A DNA stretch of 64,000 bases, taken from NCBI GenBank assembly GCA_963835065.1, contig CAWIEK010000003.1:128001-192000 (forward strand). The letters run 5' to 3'. This document shows positions 51,002 to 62,300 of this stretch, piece after piece. Made by a program: the position numbers and the translations under genes. Origin of the DNA: an uncultured Chthonomonadaceae bacterium. GTDB lineage: Bacteria > Armatimonadota > Chthonomonadetes > Chthonomonadales > Chthonomonadaceae. Below the pieces are notes generated by a model. That model was not told the origin of the DNA. It made no database searches and saw only the letters and a program-made list of their open reading frames with translations. How positions within the stretch are numbered: the stretch's first letter is position 1; each line of letters starts with the position of its first letter.

Positions 51002-51697
51002 ATGAAACCACTGTTTTTGCCGCTGCTCTTATCCGCGCTTGGCCTCGCGCTTTTTGCCGCTCCCTCCCGGGCGCAGACGGGACAGGGAACCGGCCCGCCG
51101 CCTTTGGGAACGCCCGTAATGGCGACATTCACGATTCCCGCCAACACCGATCCCGATTCGGTTACGTTTACCTCCACCGGGCAGACGTTTGTCATCACGG
51201 ATCAGACCAACCCGATTACGGGGCAGTTGTTGACACCCGGCTTCCTCGGTGGCGGCGGCGGTTTGGACATCTTCGCCGCTGTGCCCGGCCCTCCCGGCGG
51301 CGCGATTACGACCATACCGATTGTGGAAGTGGATTTCTTCACAACCTACACCGGCCCCATTTCACTGACAAGTCTCTCCGGCTTTTCCGCCTTCGATCCC
51401 TGGTTTGCGGAGACGTTGAATCCTCCCGTCGGGCAGGGCTTTCGCTTCTACAAAACGCTGTCCACGCAGGCCAACATCAACACCACCAACCCCGGTTTCG
51501 ATCCGACTGAGTACGCTTTTTTCACCCTCACGCCCGCTGTGAATGACCCCACCTTTTTGACTTCTTTGTTCACTATCACCGGCTACACGACGGTTCAGAA
51601 CACGCCGGAACCGGGCACATGCGCCCTGTTTGGGGGGCTTGTCGTTGCCGGGGGAATGGCCTGGCGTCGCCGTCGCCGCGCCACTCTTGCTGTGTAA
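51002..51697 (+). CDS. PEP-CTERM exosortase-target surface protein
   Basis: Signal peptide; C-terminal TPEPG + TM helix + WRRRRR. Confidence 0.9.
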   Translation: MKPLFLPLLLSALGLALFAAPSRAQTGQGTGPPPLGTPVMATFTIPANTDPDSVTFTSTGQTFVITDQTNPITGQLLTPGFLGGGGGLDIFAAVPGPPGGAITTIPIVEVDFFTTYTGPISLTSLSGFSAFDPWFAETLNPPVGQGFRFYKTLSTQANINTTNPGFDPTEYAFFTLTPAVNDPTFLTSLFTITGYTTVQNTPEPGTCALFGGLVVAGGMAWRRRRRATLAV

Positions 51698-51746
51698 CCT
51701 CACCCCAACCCCTCTCCTGGCCGCTCGTTCCTCGCTAGGAGAGGGG
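51697..51746. repeat. CCCCTCTCC..GGAGAGGGG REP-like palindrome, copy 2
   Basis: Inverted identical copy of 27659-27708; between convergent genes. Confidence 0.9.
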
Positions 51747-51772
51747 TTACTGTTTTCTCACCTGTGTAAACG

Positions 51773-51952
51773 TTACTGTTCGCCGCGCTTCTTGTGTTCG
51801 GCGATGAGGGCTTTTTGCTGAGGCGTCATGGCGCTGTTCATTTCGTCGCCGGGTTTGTCGCCCACCTGTTTGGCCTGGCAGCCGACAAACGAAAACGCGC
51901 AAAGCAGGCATAGCAGCAGAAACGAGGCGTTGCGGAATATCAAATTTCTCAT
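51773..51952 (-). CDS. Small lipoprotein
   Basis: GGAG RBS; hydrophobic signal ending FVGC; follows the DUF1559 gene. Confidence 0.65.
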   Translation of the reverse strand: MRNLIFRNASFLLLCLLCAFSFVGCQAKQVGDKPGDEMNSAMTPQQKALIAEHKKRGEQ

Positions 51953-52038
51953 GGCTAACTCCAAAATAAAATTGCGGCACAGACGCGACAATGCCATGCA
52001 AGAGAATTATACTTGCATGGCATTTGTCACGTTATGGT

Positions 52039-52920
52039 TTACGGGGTTTCCGTCCATGCGCCGGAATAGAACTCGTGTACGGCCTGCTGACAGGATTCGG
52101 TTGCGGACGAAATCGGGTAGCCGCTGACGCCGCCGAGCGCGGCATAGTCGGAAGGCGCGTTGGGATCGTAGCACCATTTCAGCGCGTTGACTTCGCTTGA
52201 TGGGCGGGCGGTCAGGCCGAAGCCTGCGTACTGACCGGCCTGCATCTTGATGATTTTGGCGTGTCCATCCACAAAGGCGTAGTTCAAATTCGTCATGTGG
52301 CGAATGGAGCCGGTGTTTTTGGGGCCATCCGCGCCGCTGATGATGTTGTCCATAGCAATCGAGTAACCGGGCGTATCGTAGGTATCGCCGAACGCCACGC
52401 AATCCGTCGGCGTGGTAATGGCGGCAATGGAGCGTCCAGGGCGGGAACCGTCGGGCATTTGCAGGGTCAGGCCATAGCCGCTGTCGCTGATCCAGCCGTC
52501 GTTGTAGCCGTAGCCTTGCAGCCGAGTGCCGAGGGCGGCAGGATAGTTTTGCGGCTTGGACGCAGCCGAAGCCGCGCTCGCGTTCAGGCTGCGGTCGGGG
52601 CAAACCATCAATTGCCAGTTTTTTACGTAAGGCTGGATCAGGTTGAACCAGTAGCCACCCGACACGTATTTGCCAGTCGCATCTTTAATCACGGGCGAGT
52701 TCTGAAGCGGCGTGGTTTCGTCGAAGTCCTGCGTGTACATGGCATACGCGAGGCTGGACTGCTTCAGATTGCTCAGGCAGGAAATGGCGCGGGCTTTTTC
52801 GCGCGCTTGGGCGAAAACGGGAAATAGAATCGCCGCTAGAATGGCGATGATAGCAATCACGACGAGCAATTCTATAAGCGTGAACGCATGAGCGCGCGTT
52901 CGCAATCCGGTACGGGGCAT
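52039..52920 (-). CDS. Prepilin-type N-terminal cleavage/methylation, DUF1559/H-X9-DG protein
   Basis: [52 protein letters not shown]. Confidence 0.92.
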   Translation of the reverse strand: MPRTGLRTRAHAFTLIELLVVIAIIAILAAILFPVFAQAREKARAISCLSNLKQSSLAYAMYTQDFDETTPLQNSPVIKDATGKYVSGGYWFNLIQPYVKNWQLMVCPDRSLNASAASAASKPQNYPAALGTRLQGYGYNDGWISDSGYGLTLQMPDGSRPGRSIAAITTPTDCVAFGDTYDTPGYSIAMDNIISGADGPKNTGSIRHMTNLNYAFVDGHAKIIKMQAGQYAGFGLTARPSSEVNALKWCYDPNAPSDYAALGGVSGYPISSATESCQQAVHEFYSGAWTETP

Positions 52921-53175
52921 GAAGGTATCTCCTTTGAAAACAAATGAAAACAAAGCGCGACGCCAGGCAAAGCGCAGCGTGTTCGTCACTCTCCTTTATT
53001 CTAGTCTATGCCGCATTAAGGACGTGTTAAATTTTCACGGCCATTGTTAAGGGAAGGTACATGAGAAAGAAAGGGTACATTGACAGAACGCGGCAACGAC
53101 TGTATAATGCGGTCAGGCGTTGGCATCCGCGCCCTTTTCACCACCTTTATTTTAGCGATCATCAGGAGACGCGCA

Positions 53176-54336
53176 ATGGCGATTATGACGGGTTTATCAG
53201 GCAACGAAATGTTCTGCCTGCACAAAAAGGGGCTGTCGCCCGGTGATCTGGTCATCGGCAACAGCGTGTACTCGATAGGCTTCATCGGCAGCGTTGGTTC
53301 GGGGCTGAAAACCATGACCGGCGGGGAAGTGACGCAGATCACGAGCATCATTCACGACGGGCGGCAGAGTTCGTACAACCGGATGGTGGCGGAAGCGGAG
53401 CGGCATGGCGGCATCGGCATCACGGGCGTAAGCAGTGAACTGGTGCAGCAAATGGGAAATGTGGAATTCCTGTCGGTCGGGTCGTGCGTCCATCAGGAAG
53501 GGGCGAAATCGGAGCGGCTTGGGTTTTCTTCGAGCGCGGACGGGCAGGAATTGTACTGCCAGATAGATTCCGGCTTTCGGCCAATCAAGTTCGTGTTCGG
53601 GAACGTGGCGTACTCCATCGGCATCGGCGGCGGCATCGGCGGCATGTTCAAGAGCCTGCAGCGGGGCGAAGTGCCGCAGTATTCGCAGGTGTTCAATGAA
53701 ACGCGGCATTTGGCCCTGCTGCGCATCGCGGAAGAAGCGCGTAACGCGGGCGGCAACAGCGTGATCGGGATACAAACATCCATTATTCCGTTCAAGGGGA
53801 TGCAGGAAATGGTGATGATCGGCACGGCCTCACACCATCCGGCCCTGCCGCCGGAGTACGCGCAGCGCCCCATCACAAGTGACCTGACGAACGAGGAGAT
53901 GTGGAATCTGGTTCACATGGGCTACATGCCGATCCAACTGGTATTGGGCGTGTCGGTCTATTCGCTCGGCTTTGTGGGCGGGATCACGGCGGCGTTCAAG
54001 TCGTTGGGCCGGGGCGAAATCAACGAACTGACGACCCTGATTTACGAGGCGCGGGAAAACGCCATTGCCCGCATCGCCGCCGATGCAACGGCCTGTGGCG
54101 CGGATGACGTGGTGGGCATCAAGACCAACGTGTACCAGTTAGGCGGCGGCCTGATCGAGTTCATGGCAATCGGCACGGCAGTGAAGCGCATCCCCGGCCT
54201 GACAACCGTTACGGATCAGCTTCCGCCGCAAGCCATCATCCGCGACAAGGACACGTTCGTCAACACGGCGGAAACCGCATTGGGAACCAACCTCAATCAG
54301 CAAACCGGCCGCACCTCCGGCGGAACCGGGGATTAG
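53176..54336 (+). CDS. YbjQ/UPF0145-like protein with three tandem domains
   Basis: Three repeats of G-x-V-Y-S-x-G...GE(V/I)...R..(A/S)..R...A...G. Confidence 0.8.
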   Translation: MAIMTGLSGNEMFCLHKKGLSPGDLVIGNSVYSIGFIGSVGSGLKTMTGGEVTQITSIIHDGRQSSYNRMVAEAERHGGIGITGVSSELVQQMGNVEFLSVGSCVHQEGAKSERLGFSSSADGQELYCQIDSGFRPIKFVFGNVAYSIGIGGGIGGMFKSLQRGEVPQYSQVFNETRHLALLRIAEEARNAGGNSVIGIQTSIIPFKGMQEMVMIGTASHHPALPPEYAQRPITSDLTNEEMWNLVHMGYMPIQLVLGVSVYSLGFVGGITAAFKSLGRGEINELTTLIYEARENAIARIAADATACGADDVVGIKTNVYQLGGGLIEFMAIGTAVKRIPGLTTVTDQLPPQAIIRDKDTFVNTAETALGTNLNQQTGRTSGGTGD

Positions 54337-54399
54337 CCGCACATCGGGATGGTGGAAACACTTGCCTGCATCCAAAGCAAAGACAGGCAAGTGTTTCCA

Positions 54400-54705
54400 T
54401 TTGTTGACGCTGCTGCTTGCCACAAAGCAGCCGAAGCCGTCCATCATCAGCGTTCCTGTCACTGGCTGGCTGCTGTTTGTCACCGTTCGCTCGCTGCCAA
54501 GTCCATCAAAGAGCGGCGTTTCTCCATCCTTCCTGACAAGTTCGTTGCCATACGTGTATGTGGCTGTGGTTGTGCCGCTCTGCTTTTCCAGCAGCACTTG
54601 CCCGCCATCGTACAGGAAGTTCGTGGTTGTGCCGCCTGCTGTTCGGCTGGTTCTTCGGCCTGCCGCATCGTAAGTGAAACTCACGACATTGCTGCCCTGC
54701 GGGAT
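54400..54705 (-). pseudogene. RHS/YD-repeat core fragment
   Basis: FTYDAAGRRTSRTAGGTTTNFLYDG..TYTYG..FDGLGSERTVT; no start or toxin C-terminus. Confidence 0.8.
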
Positions 54706-55024
54706 CATGAAGGCGATTATAAGCTACTTCCATGACTTCCAACATTTGTATCTTCTGGGTGTCTGTCAATCTTTGCCACTCACTCTGAAAAAAGAAGAAA
54801 ACCTTATAGGGAAATTCATCATTACTATAAAAACGGACGTCATAAATCAATTCCTCTATGCGATTGTAAATATCATCATGGAGCATATCAAAGCCTGATA
54901 TGTCGCCTTGATTGAAAGCAAAACTTGCTTCTTCAGACAGCCACTCTTGTAGGTAAGTCCATTCGTTTTCGCGTAGCCCATGAGAGATTGCCTCATCAAG
55001 GCTTTCTACTTGTTCGTTGTTCAT
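54700..55024 (-). pseudogene. Lower-GC acidic ORF, possible immunity gene truncated by the RHS fragment
   Basis: AAGGAAG RBS + MNNEQVESLDE...; composition changes abruptly near 54705. Confidence 0.4.
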
Positions 55025-55124
55025 AGTTGCTTCCTTTGTTGAGCTGATGGCTCACTTACTAATGGGCAAACTAAGTAGACCGAAGGCTAAACTTCGTAGA
55101 AATTCAATCTCGAAACCTACGAAC

Positions 55125-58100
55125 TTACACCAACGGGTTACTTAGTGAAATCGTCAATGTTTCCCCGGCGTTAAGGATGAGAGTTGATGCAAGGGTGACA
55201 ATGGCTTTGCCGTCCTGCATGGCGACGGTTGCGGGTATGGTTTTGCTGCCGCGCGTGGCGGTTACTTTTTGAAATGTTCCTTGTAAGGCGAGCGTGTTCA
55301 GCTTCAGGACGCCGTGCCGGAGGGTGATTTCGGCTTTCAGGCTTTTGCCCTGCCTGCGCTGCGCGAACGTGCCCCAGCCCTGCGCGGAAGTGAAGGCGGC
55401 GCGGAAGTTTTCGGGCTGCCAGCGCGGGGCGAAGGCCAGATGCCCTTTTGGGCCGTGAACTTCAAAGCCACAGGCCGTGATGTAGGAGCCGTAGCTTGCC
55501 ATGGCGCGGGAATAGTGGTCGCTGCACTCGATTTCGTTGTAGGGGTTGCGGCGCGAAGCGTGGTAGCGGTCGTGAATGGCGCGGGTAACGGCCAAGCCTT
55601 CCTGTACCAATCCTTCCGCGATCATGTGGCTGGCCGCCTGATGCTCGAACCCGCTCATGCACTCGTTGAAATAGCCGTACTGCCAGTCCTTCACGTTCCC
55701 GAACGCATCCGGCACTTCTTTGGGGTTGGTGGACATAATCAAGCCACCATCGCCCGCAACGGCATACGGACGCCCCGCCGGGTTCCTGCGCCGAAACGCG
55801 CCGACATCGGGCGCAAAGTTGTATTTGTACAACGCTTTGAGGGCGCTGACGGTTTTCGTTTTGTCCAGTACGCGCCCCGTCCCCACCTGCCACGCCCAAC
55901 TTTGCCCGTGTACCTGATCTATGTGGCACGTATCATACGTGCCCAACGTCCGTTCGCGCCCCGGCTCCGGCTTTTGGATGAAATACTCGCCGTTGTACAA
56001 TTGCGCTTCGATAGCTTGCTGCGTTTGGCGGCATTTTTCCGCGCAGAGGTGGACAAATTCCCCATCGTTCATGTCCGTTGCCATCAGTCTCGCAGGCGCG
56101 TAATGCCCCCGCGTACAAGGAACTTATCCACGCGATTTTGCCGAACCACGCCGCATCCAGGGTGTTTTCCTGCGCCCCGTCGAGCAGGCCATCCTTGTTG
56201 CTGTCGTGGTTCATCAAGAACTGCATGGCTTTTTTGACATTGGGCCAGATACGGCGCAAAAACGCATCGTCCGCGCTCATCTGGTGTTCGCGCAACGCGC
56301 CCAGAATGCGCCCGCACTGTCCGTCCACAGCCGGCCCGGTTCCCTCGCCCCGGTAGTTTATCATGCCGGAATTGGTGTCTAAGGCGACGCCGAAGTCTAC
56401 GCGCTCGCGCATGTCGCGCTCCAGTTCGGGGAAAATCCTGCCGGGAGCCTGCGCGTAGTGCCAGACGTGGGTACAGGTTCCCTCGCAGCAGCCGATACCC
56501 TCCCAACCCCAGAACCGCCCCGTTTGAAACCGGTGCGCCGTACTCGTTGCCAGAATAGACGTGTTGACGAACGTTCGATCCAAAAACCAGTGCGGCAGGG
56601 TCGAGTCGTACCACGTTTCATGCCAGAGTTTCGTGGCTTTGCTCAGACGCGGGTACTCTTTGGCGACATAAGCGGCAACGGCGCGGGCATCCGCGAAGCG
56701 CTTGCCGTAATGGTTGCCCGAACGCGCGTCGGGAACGGGCAGGCCGCTGTTCGGAAAGTGCCACGCGACGACATACGTGGCCGTTTGCGATTTACCGGGC
56801 GCAAGGTCAACCACATGAGTAATGCCGCCAATCAGCCGCCTGTCCAACTCCACGCGCGCAAAGCCGCCGGGAACATGGCTGTCAAAGAGCGTTTCAGGTG
56901 TGGTGTTGGCATGGCCGCTGCCGCCGTCCAGCAGGGCTAAGGCCATTGTGCCCCAGTCGCGCGCCTGTTCCAAAGGAACGTCCCGGCGCGGGTTGTTTGT
57001 TTGCGCGATGCTGCCGACGCCGATGTTGCCCCATCCGCCGCGTCCATTGTCATAGATTTCGATGAACGCCTGTTTGTTGAGAAACTCGCGCACATCCCAC
57101 ACTTCCGCGCGCATCCGATTGTTATCCTGCCCCGCCGCGCGTCGCGCCGTTTTGCCGTCCACGATCAGGCGCATCCCGACTTCTTCCACATTGCGCCCGC
57201 CGCCAATGAAGAACGTCAGGTAATCCCGCTGGATGGTGAAGGATGGACTCGTCAATTTGCCTACCTGACTGTCCTTTTCGCCCACGTCATTACCCGGCGC
57301 TGACGCATGGGAGTTGACAACATATTTGCCTGTTCCGCCCACATCGCCCTGATACGCGGGAACCAGAGAGCGCAAGAGTGGCCCCGCTCCGAACGCGGTT
57401 CCCTCCACCTTCCACGCTCCCCAATCCGCGCGCTGAAAATCCTCGACGGAAATATCGAGCGGCATATTCAACCCTGTGGGAATGGGAGTGCGCCACAATT
57501 GCGAAAACAAAACCGTCGCCCCGGCTTCGGGGTAAATCCCATTGTAGCGCTGTCCGTCAGACGGACGCGCCGAGATGTGGGCACAAGCGTTTTCCAGCCA
57601 GCCGCCGATTTCCGCCTTGAGGGGCTTGTCGCTCGTGTTGTGCAGCGTGAATTCGCAAATGGTGGCGGGCAGGGCGGAGTCATCGAAGTGGAGCGGGATG
57701 AAGGGGGAGTAGGCTTTGAGCGTGACATGAATGGGGCAGGCCGGGTCGGAGTACGTGACGGTTCCAATCGGATACTCGCCCACAAACGTAATCTCGTCCC
57801 AACCGCTTGCGTCCAGACGGCGTACCTTACCATCCACTTTCACCGCGAAACCCTGCTCCAGGGGTGAGTGGGGTTCCGCCGGGGACACGTAATTCGCCCC
57901 ACTCGGCGCGTCAACGGTAATGTCCTTGCCGTAACCATTGAAGGGCACACTGCGCGGTTCGATGCCCGTTTGATTGGCGTTGAAAATATCCCACAGCCAT
58001 AATTTGCCGTCGCCGCCCAAGTACAGGGTTCCGCAGCAGAGGCCGCCAACCGGCATCCCGATGTGCCGCAATTCACCCCGCTTTTTGGAGTACACCTGCG

Positions 58101-58299
58101 AACTGCCCCGCGCCGTCAGCGATTGTACCCATTCAGGACGTAGCTTCTTATCGGGCGGTATCAGCGTCTGGAAGTCGGCGGCATCAAACGGCCCGGCCAT
58201 TGCGGGCGCATCGGGAAACAGGGCAGCAGTAGCAAGCGTCAGGCCGGACAGGGCAATAAAATCCCGGCGCGGCAGCGTAGGCGCAGTTTTTTCAGGCAT
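55125..58299 (-). CDS. Tat-exported GH116-family glycoside hydrolase (frameshift near 56085)
   Basis: PRRDFI; GMPVGGLCCG, WDIFN, GWEGIGCCEGTCTHVWHY, ENTLD; YNGEYF, NECMSGFEH, NPYNEIECSDHYSRAM. Confidence 0.88.
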
Positions 58300-58362
58300 A
58301 GTGGTTTCTCGTCGGACAGAGAACGTTGGACAGAAAACGTTGAGCAGGAAACTGAAGGAGTA

Positions 58363-59283
58363 TCACTCCCACTCGAGGCGCAGAATACGGTGATTGAGGG
58401 TATCGGACACGTAGATTTCGCCGCGCGGGCCGAGGGCGACGCCGGCGGGAGCGCGGAAACTGCCCAATTTTGCCATCGGCGTATCCATCGTGACAAGGGA
58501 GTTGCCGTGCATGTCGAAAACGTGCAGGCGGTTCGCGCCGGATTCGGCAAGGTAAAGCCGGCCTTCGTTGTCTACCGCCACTTGATGCGGCGCGTTTAAG
58601 CGGCGGATTTCGCCGAGGGCGTGGCCTTTTTGTCCGAAATAGGTGTAGCGGGTCACGTCGTTGGTTGTGGCGTCCGTGATGTAAACGTTTTGGGCGCAGT
58701 CGCAGGCAATGGCGATGGGGCGTACAATACCCTGAGTGCGATTTAAGCCGCCGATGTGCTGGCCGCTGTTAATGTTAAAGCGCAGGATTTGCGCGTTGCC
58801 CGTGTCCGCGACCCACAAATGCCCTTCCTGATCGAAAACGGCTCCTGAGGGGCTGCGAAAACCGGGCAAAATCCCCCGGTGCTGCCCGTTGAAATGGAAG
58901 CACTGGACGCGATTATTGCCCTGTTCGGCCACAAAAAAGAACTGCCCGCCCGGATGCACGGCAACCGCCTGCGGCCCCCACAGTTCCCCCGGCGCGCTGC
59001 CCGGACGCCCATAGATTTTCACATCCCCGTTGAGCGCGATACGCTGTACCCGGTGGTTGTTGCTGTCCACGACGTACAATGCGCCGTCCCGGTCTACCGC
59101 CAACCCCGTCGGCGCGGCGAACTGCCCCGCTTCCTTGCCGGGTTCCCCGATAACCTCGACGGCTTTGAGGCGCTGCGGTTTCCAGCCGGTTGCGCTCCCG
59201 CTCGTAATGGGAGGCGCAATCGGTTCCGCGCCCGGTTTGGGCGCGGTATTGCCGATTTCCAGAAAATCAAAGCGGTCGCTCAT
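58363..59283 (-). CDS. NHL-repeat beta-propeller protein
   Basis: Repeated P.G.AVD..G.LYV.D..N.R motifs. Confidence 0.9.
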   Translation of the reverse strand: MSDRFDFLEIGNTAPKPGAEPIAPPITSGSATGWKPQRLKAVEVIGEPGKEAGQFAAPTGLAVDRDGALYVVDSNNHRVQRIALNGDVKIYGRPGSAPGELWGPQAVAVHPGGQFFFVAEQGNNRVQCFHFNGQHRGILPGFRSPSGAVFDQEGHLWVADTGNAQILRFNINSGQHIGGLNRTQGIVRPIAIACDCAQNVYITDATTNDVTRYTYFGQKGHALGEIRRLNAPHQVAVDNEGRLYLAESGANRLHVFDMHGNSLVTMDTPMAKLGSFRAPAGVALGPRGEIYVSDTLNHRILRLEWE

Positions 59284-59336
59284 AAATGGTCTTTCACGAA
59301 CACGTACAGGGAAGAACCTAATAGAATCCTATCAGG

Positions 59337-62300
59337 CTACGCCGGGGTTTCGGTTCCGGGTTCCACGGTGGGCGGCGTAACGGCTTCTGCGTTCCCGGCA
59401 TTTCCCGCCGAGCCGTCGCCATGCTGCGCCCCGTTGGAAGTTGCAGATGTTGTGCCGTTGCCGTCCTGCCCAGATGTTTTATTGTCTCCGGCTGTTGATG
59501 CGCCGTCGCCGTTTGTGTTTGCATTGCTGCCGTTGTGCGCGCTGAGGAGCGGGGCAGGCGGCGTGGGATTAGAAACCACAGAAGTGGCTTCCTCGTCGTC
59601 ATCGTCGTTCAGTCCCAGTTTGGCAAGGGCAAGCTGTTCGGCAATGTCCTGCATGCTTTCGGCCTGCGCGCTGCTGGCGTCACGGGCGCGGGTCGTTGCC
59701 CATTCGCGCAGGTCTTCGATGCGTTCGCGCATGGTCATGGATAAGGGAACCGAGTGCGTTGCTGCGGCCACAATGGACTCGGTTGTCAGGGTTTTGTTTT
59801 CATCGAAAGCGTCGTACAGCGCTTCCACAACCGCCGCTTCGATTTCCGCGCCGGAAAAGCCGGGCGTGGCGTCGGCCAGTTTGTCCAAATTAAAATCATC
59901 GGGACTGCGCTTGCGTTTGTTCAGATGGATTTTGAAAATCTCCACGCGCTCGACATGGGAAGGCAGGTCAATAAAGAAGATTTCATCGAAGCGGCCTTTG
60001 CGCAGCAGTTCCGGCGGCAGGCTGGTCACGTCGTTGGAAGTCGCCACCACGAACGCCGCCGCTTTCTTGTCCTGCATCCACGTCAGAAACGTGCCGAACA
60101 CCCGACTCGTCGTGCCGCCATCCGAAGAACCGGAGCTTTGCGTACCACTAAAGCCCTTTTCTAATTCATCCAACCAAAGTATACAGTTGTGAACTGTGAT
60201 TGAGTTAGATAAAAAATTGTGTTCATTTACACAAAGTAAATCAAATACGTACTCCGGCGTTGGCGCTTGTTCAACGCTCTTGACACGACTCCAGCCAATT
60301 GGGCTGTTCACAAGCGCCTCAACCTGCATCAGTTCTGCCGTATCTAGTTGCCTTGCTTCCGCCCACTCGCGCAACTCCTGCGTAATCTCACGCAATCGTT
60401 GCCGATTGGGATGGGCTGTACCATGCTCGTACAAGTGGAACAAACCAGAACTTGTTGACTGAAACTTCTGCGACCCCATGCCCATAGCCTGCCGAACATG
60501 ACGCAGTTTGCTGCCAACAGGAATCATGTCGGTGCGGTCTTTGTGTTCTGTTGTCGGCGTTTTTGCCATCCATTCATCCATGCGTTGACGGCGGCACGGA
60601 TGCTGCGACCCAACTTGTTCAATGAAGCGCCGCACGTTGCGTATGCCTGTAACTTCGATGTTTTCCCACCCCGGATTAGTAGTCGGGAACCCAACGCGCT
60701 GCAGAACCGAGCGTATAACCAAGTTGTTGGCAGGAACTTTGCAGGTTATTATTATTTTCGGATTAGCCGCTGTTTTGCTGTTCGAAACATGCCCGTCGCC
60801 ATCAATGTAGCCGCGCAACCAAGCGTTCAGGAATGTTGCCGGCATGGTCAGCAATTGCGCTTTTACATTGTTCAGGATACGGCACAGCAACGCGCTGTAG
60901 ACGTAGCTGGTGTAGCAGGGCTTGAAAACGCTTTGCTGGCTTGTGCCTGCTAACTGCGAATTCTTGTTGTCGTAGTCGTTGAGCCGAATTCTTGTTTCCA
61001 AACCGAAGATGTTTTTCAGCGAGGCGGAGAACAGACGGTGCAGCGTCATGTCGGTATTGACAAAGCCCACTGCGCCGCGCTTGCCCAAGAAGCCGTCACT
61101 GCAAATCAGGCCGAGCAGGTAGCCAATGTCTTCGTTGAGTTCTCCCGGCAGTTGGGTTAGGACGCTGCTGTTCGTGTTGCCTTTACTCTGCGCAAACTCC
61201 GTTATGTGATGGAAGCAGGGATACTCCTGCGGGTCGGCCAGTTCGTTGACAGCCACATAATCGTAGGCAAGGCTTCGTAGAGCGGCGAGACGGCGGCTTT
61301 GCTGCACGGACGGCAGCGCAAAGAACACTGCGCCGGGCGCGTACAGGCGCGTGTCTTCCGGCAGGAAGTCTATCATGGGCGGCATGTCGGGGCGAGTCGG
61401 AATCGTCTGCGGAATGGCGACGTAATCCGTATCGCGCAGGGCGTCCGCGCGTACCCATTCCAGTTCGCCGTCGCGCAGGACGGGAAACTCATGGTTGCTG
61501 GTGGCCTGTACGCGGCTGTGCTGCAATTCTACGGTGTACAGGTCGGGCGCTTCGCGGCGGGTGATGGCTTTGACCGGGTTGGGCACAATCTGCCAGTCGT
61601 CCGTCATGGACAGCACTTCCAGATGCGTTTCCTGACCGTTGTACAGCGACTCAATCGTCCGTTCGGAACCATCGGCAAGCGTAATCAGGGTATCGCCGGC
61701 GACGCAGGGCGCAACCGACTCCGCCGTGCGAATCGCTTTGCGCATGTTTTCTTCGGATTGACCAACAATACCGCCGAATATACGCCCAATATCTAAGCGC
61801 AAAAGCGGTAATCGCCATAAAGAACCGATTGCTTTTGCACTCAAGCTCTTGCCGCATCCTTGGACCCCTAGCAAAAGGACGCCGCGCGGGGCGGGCAGGC
61901 CGAAATCGCGGGCTTTTTCGGTGAACGCGACGGTGCGCTTTTCCATCCAGTCCTTGAGCAAGTCCAGACCGCCGACGTCGCCGATTTTCTCGTTGAACGG
62001 ATAGTATTCCAGAATGCCCGACTTGCGGATGATCTGCTCTTTTTCGCTTAAAATCACGTCTACGTCAAACTTGTGCTTTTCAATCAGCGATTTGGCGAAC
62101 ACGTTTTCCGCTTCGTTGGCGGTCAAGCCCTGCGCCGCTTTGAGAACTTGATCCCGCTCCAGTTCCGCGAGGTTAGCGTCAATCTGCGGATTTTCCTTGA
62201 CCGCCTGCACGACGCGCTCCAAAATCACGTCCAGATCGTCGTGGTCGGGCAGGCCGTAATCCACAACCGCGATGTCTTTTTCTAGTTCACTGGGCAGTTT

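Noticed and set aside
337..58299. Frameshifts near 1170, 7008, 10845, 15350, 20720, 39225, 48535 and 56085 as programmed frameshifting or genome decay
   Set aside because: Each is a single break in an otherwise intact, unrelated gene (including rarA), with no shared slippery motif; long-read or assembly indels are the simpler explanation. Read data are needed to confirm.
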